Of a DNA stretch of 64,000 nucleotides, positions 39,301 through 46,261 are shown piece after piece; within the stretch, counting starts at the first letter, position 1, and every line of letters begins with the position of its first letter. A program made the translations under genes and the position numbers. The notes under the pieces were generated by a model. That model was not told the origin of the DNA and searched no databases. It worked only from the letters and a program-made list of their open reading frames with translations. The DNA comes from Tubiluchus corallicola (Eukaryota > Animalia > Priapulida). The stretch is taken from NCBI GenBank assembly GCA_030141605.1, contig JAQGDQ010000211.1, positions 22,885 through 86,884 on the forward strand, given 5' to 3'.

Positions 39301-41939
39301 TGTTCGAAGGAGGAACAATGGGTGCCGTGAATGCAATGAAGCCAGACGGGAAGCCAGAGATCTGCTGCCTACAAGCCGAAGAGAGTTGGACGGGAACGTC
39401 GTATGCCGTCGCCGCCACCATGATACAAGAGGTGAGAGTGTTATTGTGGTCTTTTGTATCGGTTCTCTTCCACGGGGACGTCGTATGCCGTCGCCGCCAC
39501 CATGATACAAGAGGTGAGAGTGTTATTGTGGTCTTTTGTATCGGTTCTCTTCCACGGGGACGTCGTATGCCGTCGCCGCCACCATGATACAAGAGGTGAG
39601 AGTGTTATTGTGGTCTTTTGTATCGGTTCTCTTCCACGGGGACGTCGTATGCCATCGCCGCTACCATGATACAAGAGGTGAGAGTGTTATTGTGGTATTT
39701 TGTATCGGTTCTCTTCCACGGGGACGTCGTATGCCGTCGCCGCCACCATGATACAAGAGGTGAGAGTGTTATTGTAGTCTTTTGTATCGGTTCTCTTCCA
39801 CGGGGACGTCGTGTGCCGTCGCCGCCACCATGATACAAGAGGTGAGAGTGTTATTGTGGTCTTTTGTATCGGTTCTCTTCCACGGGGACGTCGTATGCCA
39901 TCGCCACCACCATGATACAAGAGGTGAGAGTGTTATTGTGGTCTTTTGTATCGGTTCTCTTCCACGGGGACGTCGTATGCCGTCGCCGCCATCATGATAC
40001 AAGAGGTGAGAGTGTTATTGTGGTCTTTTGTATCGGTTCTCTTCTTCCATGATCGTTTAGTCATACATTGCATTGGTAAAAATACACTGAACTGCAGTTT
40101 TACAGTTCAAGTCTGTTTGTTTTAAAATAAATCGCTTTTCTCTTTTGACTGTTCCAACCATTAATAAGAGATATGAATGATAAGAGATAACCTTTTCCAG
40201 TTAGCCAAACTTTGAAGCAGTTTAAAGCCTGCTTCACCAGAGACAGTACATACGTCCTCCTTCCTAAAGAGCTAGAATCGGTACGGCAAATGAAACCACC
40301 CAGACTATTATTACAGTCAAACCTCGTTGTAATGCCAAGTCTAGGACACCACTAAATATGGCAGCTGAGATGGTGGTAAGGTGAGGTTCATTAAATATCA
40401 AAGCCATTGTACTGTGTCACCTCTATTTTGTTTCCTAGTTAATTTTAATATGTCACAAATAGTATAATATTATTATACAGTGTTCCCTCGCTACTTCGCG
40501 GTTCGTTTATCGCGGGTTTTCAAAAGTATTAATGTCAAATATTTATCGCTGTTTCGCGGGTTTTTGCGGTACTCCGTCTAAAGTATTTTTGCACATGCGT
40601 GGTACGTATTATACAGTAATGTATAGATTTGATGAATTTTGCATAGAAAATCACAAAATGTATAAAAATGTATTAAAAAAATTAATTCTAGCATTAAAAG
40701 AATATTATAAATGATAAAAATTACTATTTGCAATAAATAGTGTATTTATTCGGCCGATGAATACACACCAAAAACGAAATGTAGTACTTGCGCCCGCTTG
40801 AGATGCTACTTGCTGACGTGAAATTGTACAGAACACATAAAGACTTAAAATAATGTATAACTACTAAAATAAGTATAGCGTCCCTACTTCGCGGAAATTC
40901 CCTTATTTAACCGATAAGTGAAGGAACATTGTACATGCAACAATACATGTGTTATACTGTACGTTTTTGCTGCATTAACAAAATTAATGCAGGTGTAGTT
41001 CTACGGTGATGCATTGCAAAACTTTTAGGTAACACAATGTGTCATAGCAGTCCTGTCAATCTTGCGAAATACTGCTGTTTCCTCGTAAGAGAAACATGCA
41101 GCTACGCAGCCCACCCGTGCTCCCAACGTAACATTACTAGATGATTATGACTACAAATAGCTGCCCCATATAACTTGACCTTGAGTCAAACAGCTATTGA
41201 ATTTACATCAATTCAGTACTGAACTAAAGCTACGCAATTCTTGTACTTTATTCCTTGTTCAAAACCCCAACATTCACTTTCATACAGTTACTTGCAACAA
41301 GACATAAATCTTAATTCAAACACCATAATTGTTTTTTCTGTTCAGTGGCCATTGTTTGTACAATAGAATGGCTGTTTTGCAGCAACAATTCAACATACTT
41401 TATCTTGGCTGGTGTTATAATGGTATATTTATCATGTAAAACAGACTTTCGTTGCAGCAGATACGTTAGCAGATGGCGGTAGGCGAATTTGGCAGTATTC
41501 TCTGTATTTAATACATTCTCGAAATCAGTACAGGGCAATAGTTGACATTATGGCGAGGCTGGCGTTATAACAGGTGGCAGTATAATGAGATTCGATTGTG
41601 TTATTATTATCATTATTATTACCTCAATGCTTTGAATAAATGCCATTTAGTTAAGGTGATACCTGTCTTATTTTTGATCAACGATTAAATTCTTTTGTCA
41701 TTTTAATTTTAGAAATTTTCTTGATCTTGCAGGGATTAGTCGAGCAAGGTTTCAAGACAGCCGAAGGCGTGTACAGAAGCTGCTACGACCGTCTGGGACT
41801 TGGTTTCCAGACTCCGGAAGCTTTGTATGCCAAGCGGAAGAAGTTTCGGGCACTTGCTTACATGCGGCCGCTGTCCATCTGGGCCATACAGTGGGCAGTT
41901 GAAAGAGTTGTAGACTTGCATAAGTTACATTCGTCATAA
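3370..41939 (+). CDS. GBA2: Non-lysosomal glucosylceramidase (GH116), 18 coding exons, 2541 nt, 846 aa
   Basis: All introns are GT-AG with consistent phases. The protein is colinear with human GBA2: [67 protein letters not shown] (nucleophile region), DQTYD (acid/base), [15 protein letters not shown]. Confidence 0.95.
4191..4645. mobile_element. Tc1/pogo-type MITE (CCGTA termini, TA TSD) nested in the LINE 3'UTR
   Basis: TIR ccgtattttcccgtgtataagagaccc and its reverse complement; absent from the related LINE end at 23876-24365. Confidence 0.85.
4834..7224 (-). CDS. LINE ORF2 (partial endonuclease + reverse transcriptase), uninterrupted frame
   Basis: [45 protein letters not shown] motifs. 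Confidence 0.92.
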   Translation of the reverse strand: MTNYTNMLFSNNFVPIITKPTRIIHHTNTLIDHIYTNDLTNHVTPGILLYQVADHLPMFAIIKHTKLKIKSNKITPRNFKNSTEQNFLNNLQLELAKINFNDLETNEGFSKFNEILFNVFNNHFPLQTLSRKDTITFQKPWITKGIINSIKTRSRLYKSHKLSNNLYKQIYYKSYSNKLNHVKESSKKQYYTETLQKHKNNMKKTWETINSIIKTDPKTRQTPSKLTINNVDYTDTYDIASKLNEFFVNIGPDMAAKIPKPNVNFTDFLKNPNPNSFFINPITENETCTLLNTLNSNKSPGPQNIPISFFKSASQIISPILTLLFNKSVNAGTFPNILKIAKVIPLYKTGSAHEPGNYRPISLLSPVSKVFERLIYKRLYQFVVKSNILSKYQFGFRKNYSTALAVSELIDAISLDTDKKLLNCGIFLDLSKAFDTVQHSILIVKLNHYGIRGLPLQLIQSYLTNRKQFISINNVSSDYKHISCGVPQGSNLGPLLFLIYINDLPTCSNFRTRIFADDTNLFMSDSNINNLQKSVNDEMKKMDLWMRANQLSINYKKTKFMIINNKQINNANNPKFHIIINKHKIEETDNIKYLGLLIDNKLTWEPHIKHITYKLSRITGTILKVRHHVDQYILKLLYNSLVFPYLQYSILTWGTAFASIQKLIQTQQNKIVKLITFARNYDHATPSFVKLEILKVRDIYNLELFKFMYKFNAGLLPELFSEYFTNVSNIHSYSTRAASNEQYFVERFFTRHGFNSLKSRGVKLWNSLPKDTFGGSLFSAFKKYTKFLLNEYTCNT
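8036..8124 (+). CDS. GBA2: GBA2 exon 2
   Basis: ttcag|...[19 protein letters not shown]...QIYG|gtacgt. Confidence 0.9.
8163..8524. mobile_element. hAT-type MITE
   Basis: TIR tagggttgcca / tggcaacccta; degenerate 8-bp TSD. Confidence 0.65.
9375..9490 (+). CDS. GBA2: GBA2 exon 3
   Basis: [29 protein letters not shown]...ANQ|gtacag. Confidence 0.93.
9748..10201. mobile_element. Inverted Penelope-like pLTR pair with minimal hammerhead ribozyme cores
   Basis: Inverted arms of about 180 bp; CTGATGA-stem-GAAACGTT at 10110-10143 (+) and 9840-9807 (-). Confidence 0.7.
10375..10599 (+). CDS. GBA2: GBA2 exon 4
   Basis: [18 protein letters not shown]...[10 protein letters not shown]...IIPHNYK|gtgagt. 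Confidence 0.93.
10708..11230. mobile_element. Tc1/mariner-type MITE
   Basis: TA-cagggtgtcc...gacacccag-TA; the left end and its flank recur at about 12303-12460. Confidence 0.6.
11690..12284 (+). mobile_element. TTAA-flanked non-autonomous element, family A (Kolobok-like), copy 1, 5' degraded
   Basis: Shares aaaattgaagtacagtgctactg and flanking blocks with the copies at 20382, 22662 and 62779. Confidence 0.7.
13538..13710. repeat. (GTT/GCT/ATT)n microsatellite
   Basis: Directly visible. Confidence 0.9.
13803..13918 (+). CDS. GBA2: GBA2 exon 5
   Basis: [15 protein letters not shown]...FKNGMG; cag acceptor, gtacga donor. Confidence 0.92.
15263..15377. repeat. (GTT)n-(GCT)n microsatellite
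   Basis: Directly visible. Confidence 0.92.
15395..16030 (+). repeat. Tandem array of about 98 bp (6-7 units) spanning the exon 6 acceptor
   Basis: cag|ggagggtggctgtt recurs at about 15614, 15708, 15807, 15905 and 16006; degenerate copies further upstream. Confidence 0.9.
16009..16132 (+). CDS. GBA2: GBA2 exon 6
   Basis: EGGCFTESF...YGIAAAAK|gtgcgt; phase fits exon 5. Confidence 0.85.
16398..16500 (+). CDS. GBA2: GBA2 exon 7
   Basis: [30 protein letters not shown]; phases fit. Confidence 0.87.
16738..17230. mobile_element. hAT-type MITE
   Basis: caggggcggct ... agccgccactg termini. Confidence 0.55.
17512..18589 (+). repeat. 83-bp x 13 tandem array spanning the exon 8 acceptor
   Basis: Acceptor positions run from 17585 to 18581 in steps of 83. 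Confidence 0.95.
18582..18735 (+). CDS. GBA2: GBA2 exon 8
   Basis: [15 protein letters not shown]...[17 protein letters not shown]|gtgcgt. Confidence 0.92.
18930..19440 (-). mobile_element. RTE-clade LINE 3' fragment
   Basis: Minus strand reads [20 protein letters not shown]. Confidence 0.7.
20382..20995 (+). mobile_element. TTAA-flanked family A, copy 2
   Basis: TTAA at both ends; homologous to the other three copies. Confidence 0.75.
21121..21246 (+). CDS. GBA2: GBA2 exon 9
   Basis: [16 protein letters not shown]...AWIKPIL; gtaagt donor. Confidence 0.93.
21340..21900 (+). mobile_element. Degenerate RTE-clade LINE fragment
   Basis: FMYNSET...[17 protein letters not shown]...[11 protein letters not shown], with stops. 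Confidence 0.75.
21955..23420. repeat. Inverted pair of repeats of about 220 bp (21955-22165 and 23175-23420)
   Basis: ttgaatgttattgtatcattta and neighbouring sequence occur in both orientations. Confidence 0.7.
22662..23175 (+). mobile_element. TTAA-flanked family A, copy 3
   Basis: ttaa-aggaaaac ... gttttcc-ttta; homologous to the other copies. Confidence 0.72.
23626..23789 (+). CDS. GBA2: GBA2 exon 10
   Basis: [23 protein letters not shown]...YGKFAYLEG. Confidence 0.94.
23876..24365 (-). mobile_element. 3'UTR-only copy of the intron-1 LINE
   Basis: Aligns by eye to 3880-4190 plus 4650-4850, including the catagacatagaacattt tail. Confidence 0.85.
24600..25080 (+). mobile_element. LINE-like 3' end; inverted copy at about 59300-59715
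   Basis: Shared aagtaaggtgagtgtgttaatgaccgtatggtcgtacac; AATAAA plus (TTCATAG)n tail. Confidence 0.65.
25611..25715 (+). CDS. GBA2: GBA2 exon 11
   Basis: [30 protein letters not shown]. Confidence 0.94.
25916..26407. repeat. 54-bp x about 9 minisatellite
   Basis: Unit gtaaaaagtccataataacttacaattrcattgtaatgcaggcaacggggccca. Confidence 0.95.
26951..27058 (+). CDS. GBA2: GBA2 exon 12
   Basis: SVIQYED...[10 protein letters not shown]|gttagt. Confidence 0.92.
27142..27734. mobile_element. TTAA-flanked non-autonomous element, family B (Kolobok-like); inverted copy at about 59982-60660
   Basis: ttaa-agcacaagaaa ... tttcttgttct-ttaa; shared tactgcctttttgcatacagggcttgcgtcggc. Confidence 0.7.
28151..28661. 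mobile_element. hAT-like MITE with 6-bp TSD
   Basis: cagggatgagaat / attctcatccctg TIRs, with taactt on both sides. Confidence 0.75.
29130..29578. mobile_element. Tc1/pogo-type MITE (CCGTA termini, TA TSD)
   Basis: Perfect TIR ccgtatatactcgcatataagccga. Confidence 0.85.
30038..30134. repeat. 20-bp tandem repeat just upstream of exon 13
   Basis: atgtrtgatctatggtctaa x about 5. Confidence 0.9.
30170..30321 (+). CDS. GBA2: GBA2 exon 13
   Basis: [10 protein letters not shown]...[17 protein letters not shown]...DMWP. Confidence 0.94.
30331..30584 (+). repeat. 129-bp direct duplication containing a Pol III B-box-like GGTTCGAGTC (SINE-like)
   Basis: Two near-identical copies starting 10 nt after the exon 13 donor. 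Confidence 0.8.
31170..31555. repeat. T-rich 9-nt-periodic repeat ending at the exon 14 acceptor
   Basis: Variants of ttgttatrt / ttgtatat. Confidence 0.88.
31559..31662 (+). CDS. GBA2: GBA2 exon 14
   Basis: [20 protein letters not shown]. Confidence 0.93.
32044..32186 (+). CDS. GBA2: GBA2 exon 15
   Basis: [12 protein letters not shown]...KKLWNG|gtaaga. Confidence 0.94.
32258..32739. mobile_element. Tigger/pogo-type MITE; related copies at 43986-44175 (partial) and 54823-55272 (inverted)
   Basis: TA-cagtcaacctcgg termini; shared internal sequence. Confidence 0.82.
33294..33906. mobile_element. piggyBac-type MITE
   Basis: TTAA-ccctttcattac ... gtagtgaaaggg-TTAA. Confidence 0.8.
34281..34387 (+). 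CDS. GBA2: GBA2 exon 16
   Basis: QYYRFDSS...[17 protein letters not shown]; gtaagt donor. Confidence 0.93.
34477..34933. mobile_element. Tigger/pogo-type MITE
   Basis: TA-cagtggaacc ... ggtatcactg-TA. Confidence 0.65.
35128..38564. mobile_element. 3.4-kb non-autonomous DNA transposon with TIRs of about 500 bp and TTAA TSD (Kolobok-like)
   Basis: TTAA-gagtcattccg ... cggaatgactc-TTAA; long diverged inverted arms; internal 142-bp duplication (35778-36062) and GA array; no transposase seen. Confidence 0.82.
36815..37948. repeat. 1.1-kb (GA)n/(GACA)n purine-rich microsatellite
   Basis: Plus strand is almost free of T. Confidence 0.97.
39240..39431 (+). CDS. GBA2: GBA2 exon 17
   Basis: [11 protein letters not shown]...[10 protein letters not shown]...AATMIQE|gtgaga; acceptor is AAG. 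Confidence 0.9.
39390..40048 (+). repeat. 82-bp x 8 tandem array spanning the exon 17 donor
   Basis: caagag|gtgaga junctions from 39431 to 40005 in steps of 82. Confidence 0.95.
40314..41598. mobile_element. Tigger-type MITE with a second Tigger-type MITE nested at 40478-40931
   Basis: Outer cagtcaaacctcgtt / aatgagattcgattg; inner TA-cagtgttccctcgcta / taagtgaaggaacattg-TA. Confidence 0.6.
41733..41939 (+). CDS. GBA2: GBA2 exon 18 (terminal)
   Basis: [12 protein letters not shown]...FQTPEA...[12 protein letters not shown]; TAA stop. Confidence 0.94.
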   Translation, partial: GLVEQGFKTAEGVYRSCYDRLGLGFQTPEALYAKRKKFRALAYMRPLSIWAIQWAVERVVDLHKLHSS

Positions 41940-42143
41940 TGGTAATAATTGATGTGAATGTTGTATGTGCAATTTTGTTACGTTGTTTAATGAATGTCCA
42001 CCCCGGTATTGAAAGATCTGCATGAATTGCATTTTAGTTTTTGGAAGACGGTATTGTTGTTTAAAAGGGTCACAATAACGCCAATAATGTTTCTGTTTTT
42101 ATCTCATTTTGTCTCAAGTCAATCATCGTGTAAAAACAGAACA

Positions 42144-42985
42144 CCTGTTGATTCACCGCACAGATATGGACCTGTTGATACGCAGCACAGATATGGGCCC
42201 ATTGATACACCACACAGGTATGGGCCTGTTGATACACTGCACGGATATGGGCCCGTTGATACACCGCGCAGATTTGGGCCCGTTGATACACCACACAAAT
42301 ATGGGCCTGTTGATAAGGGGTGAGCACCGAACGTTCGAGTTTGAACATTCGAATCGAATTCGAACGCTCGAATTTGATTCGAACGAGTTTTTTTAGTTCG
42401 AACTCGATTCGAATCCAAAACTATAGATTCGAATAATTCAGCACTTCAATCACATATGTTCCTGATCATTAAAATGATTGAAACATCATACAATTAGCAT
42501 AATTTAGCTGTGATTTCTGCGCACAACTTTAAGCAAATTACTAGTCATTTTATTGCAGAACAAAATCTAGTGACATGCATGATCTTTGTAAGACTAATTT
42601 TTACTGGTGGTTCGAAAACTTGTTCGAAAATCGTTCAGTCTCAATTCGAATTCGAACCAAATTCGAAACACTGAAGTTCTGTTCGATTCGAATGTCACAA
42701 ATTCGGTTCGATTCGAATTCGCTTTCCGGTAGAGAATTCTCACCCCTACTGTTGATACACCGCACAGATACGGGCCTGTTGATACACTACACAGATATGA
42801 GCCTGTTGATACACCGCACAGATATGGGCCTGTTGATACACTGCACAGGTATGGACCTGTTGATACACTGCACAGATATGGGCCCACTGATACACCGCAC
42901 AGGTATGGGCCTGTTGGTACACCGCACAGATATGGGCACGTTGATGCACGGTACGGATATGGGCCCATTGATACACCACACGGAT
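42144..42985. repeat. 27-bp minisatellite downstream of the GBA2 stop, split by a MITE
   Basis: Unit cctgttgatacaccgcacagatatggg. Confidence 0.92.
42315..42748. mobile_element. hAT MITE with TTCGAA-rich subterminal repeats
   Basis: aaggggtgag / ctcaccccta ends with a perfect 8-bp TSD ctgttgat. Confidence 0.85.
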
Positions 42986-44709
42986 TTCTCTACGGAAATT
43001 TGCACATTCATACTGAAAGTGATTTTAAGAAAAATTATAACTTAACATGACTATTGCCTACGACTTTAACGTGCTTATGCTGTTGATTGGTTAGTTAGAA
43101 AAAATCTGTACGTATTTTTCGAAAAATTCTCATGACAGGCGATCTGTATGAATCTCCATATAAACAGCAAATTTTTTTCCTTCCCGAATTTTATATAAAC
43201 TATACCATTTAAAACGGTGTGAATTAATCCAATGCAGAAAACAATGCTGAAATATTATACTGTTTGTAAGCCGGGCTTAAAAGTGAAATTTCCATAATAG
43301 GTGGCATGCAGACTATCAGTTGGCACTTTAAACTGCAAAATAAGTCATTATAGTGGAAGTGTAATTATTGCTGTATGATTGTTTAAGGTGCACATATCTC
43401 AGAAGTGAGAAAATTACTTTGTAGGTGTCGTAAATTAAACACTAAACGAAATAAAAGATCATTAAAAATTTTCCTCTTTCCTTTTCCGTTACCGATAAGG
43501 AACAAAATTTAATGAAACCTAAGGAAGGGATGGCAGGAGCATCTAATTTAGCCAATTTATTTATTTGTAAATAGTTAAATTGCTAGTTTTTTTATGTTGT
43601 AATTGACTTACAACTTATGTTATTAGAGGAGCATTAAAATAAAAGGTTTCGATGTATCAAAATGTGTAGTCAAACGTTTTTGTACTGCTTACTTTGGAAC
43701 TGCAAAAAAAGTCTGGCATTATAGCAAGATGCATTAACATCTACGTGTCTTGCAAATATAGATATTTTGTTAATGCTTTAAAGTAATAGTAAGATCATGA
43801 TGGTAAAGTTTCAGGATTTATTGCACAGGTATTTGCAGTCATACAGTGACTAAATTGAAAGACACAAGACTTTTCGCAAAGCTCTTCAGTGTCCAATTCT
43901 GCAATTATATCAAAATTTTAGGTAAAAGCACAAAACTAAAATTGTTGCTGAAAGCAGCCATGTTTGTTACTGCATAAAATTAGTACAGTCAACCTCGGAT
44001 ATAAGGGACACCTCGGGACCGGAAAAAAATGGCCCTTATATCCGATGTCCCTTATAGCCGAAGTTGAGTCAGACCGAGGGTGTATCTAGACCTGTACTTT
44101 TATTCATATTTTATGGGTTATTGCTACATATTCAGTGCAAATGGTATGTAGGAAGCTTCTTCAGTGATGCGGGATGAGAGCAAATGTTTTGCATAATTTG
44201 GATACCATTGGAAAGCAACAATAAACGTTTAGATAATCGTATTTACATCAAATTAATGTTTTAATAAATTTGTTATAAACAAATTGTATTTGTTATTCCC
44301 TATTTTATTTGTTCATGCTATTATTATTATTATTTAGCTGCATATTTTTAATGGATAAATGCCAAAATGTTATGTAATTGCTAAAGTTATGTTATTATTG
44401 TGTTGTTATTATTGTAATTATTATTGTTATTATAAGTAACATTATGCTATTATATAAGTGCATGTTCAATTGTAGATATCTAGTTCTATTGCTAATTCAT
44501 GATGGTGCATACAATGACAGAAGGGACTATTTTATGAAAAAACTCTTCCTTAACTACCACCTCAGAAAATTCCGAAGAAAAGGTTACTTAGTAACTAGGA
44601 TTGCTTAATAAATTTATTCAAAATTACTATGATTCGGATATTCTGACATGAAATACATCGATAAAATCATCTAGAAACGGATCTTACTGGTCTAGACTCA
44701 GCTGTGCAG

Positions 44710-45120
44710 TTTTGTATGTGTCTATGCACGTCTATCTTGTTTTAAGTTTGTCTGCACATGTCTTTGTTGCTTTGAATGTGTCTATGCAGGTCTGTCTTGT
44801 TTTATGGTGTATCTGCGCATGTCTTTGTTGCTTTGAACGTGTCTGTGCAGGTTTGTCTTGTTTTATGGTGCATTCTTTTACAAGTGTTGTGCAACAAGTT
44901 GCGTGAAAAGTTGCCAAGTCGTTCCCACTGCGAGTTTACTCTCAGAGAGAAGTTACACAACAAGTTACAGGAGTACTCTGGACGTCTGAACTCACCATTA
45001 GATGTATCTGCACATGTCTTTGTTGCTTTGAACGTGTCTGTGTGTGTCTACCTTGTTATGGACATGTCTGTGCATGTCTTTACTGTTCAGAATGCAACTG
45101 TGCAGGTCCATATTGTCTGG
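44710..45120. repeat. Degenerate tandem repeat (about 28/59 bp) interrupted at about 44865-44998
   Basis: tctgcacatgtctttgttgctttgaa recurs. Confidence 0.7.
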
Positions 45121-45548
45121 ACACATCTCCAGTGTCCATGGACGCTTGTACATGCTCGGCTAGTAAATAATAGGTTAATTAGCATTTTACAGTCTTCTAT
45201 TAATTGATGAAAAATTGTAGTTCGCCATTTTCACATGAATGCATAAAAGTTTTTGTCTGATAAGTGATCAAGTGTTTCTTGTAATTACAGTCTCTTTTAC
45301 AGCTTTTCTATAGTTTTACTTTTGATATTTTATACTACAATTACATAGCAGTAGAACAAAAATAGGTAGTTCAAACCTTGAATCTGTTTCATTCAATTAC
45401 AGTTTGTAATGTAGCAACTCCATCAAAGGTTTTAAACTCGATGTTCTTGCATTTTCGTTGTATACAAGTTGTACTGTTGCTTAATGACGACTCGTATCCA
45501 TGACAGTACGTTGATTTACATAGTAACTAGCATGTGGTCGTGGTGTTA

Positions 45549-46261
45549 GGTCCGTGTCACACAGAGAAAGCCGTAAGGAGCAAGCCATAATCCACAATAA
45601 TCCGTAAGCCATAAGGTGCCTTCCGCCCAAAGGCGCATGTCGTATTCCGCGGTACGCAACTTGCTCTGTGTAACTAGCAAGACGTTCTGCTTGCCACAAT
45701 CCATTTTTCGGTGGGATTCATCAAACTACTATAATTTAATATAATAGACACTATAGTTTAATAGTTAATGTAACTTTACCCATTACTGAATAACAGATTG
45801 TCAGTCGCATACACTGCATAATATGATTTACTGGTACGAATGCATGTAGTATACATTTTTATGTGTATTGTAGTAATAGTGCTGTGGGTTAAAAATACTT
45901 TTTAATGTTTATACTACATCGCTGTTATGAATTCTTATGATATAAATGAATTTTGTATAGAAAAGCTTAATTACACTAATTTTCACATTAGCGGCAAGCA
46001 AAAATGCCTTATGGTAAATGAAATTAATGGCCAAATTCATTTCGCCACAAGGCGCTTTTTGAACCGCTCAAAACGGCTTATGAGGAGCCTACCGCATATT
46101 ATGGCAGACAGCTTACGGTAGGCAAGTCGCAGCAGGCGGAAGACGACAAATGGATTATCTGTTTAACAGGGACCATTTGTTAGCATACGTTCATTTTTCA
46201 TGAGGCGGGTTTTTCGCCTCACGGCTTACGGATTATGTTCAGCTCTGTCTGACACGGGACT
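45549..46261. mobile_element. PIF/Harbinger-like MITE
   Basis: ggtccgtgtcacacagag / ctctgtctgacacgggac with TTA-like flanks. Confidence 0.55.

Noticed and set aside
39441-40052. Cluster of similar short ORFs as a gene family or alternative exons
   Set aside because: Frames of the 82-bp array; no AG precedes the duplicated exon segment (ttccacgggg), so these are not cassette exons.
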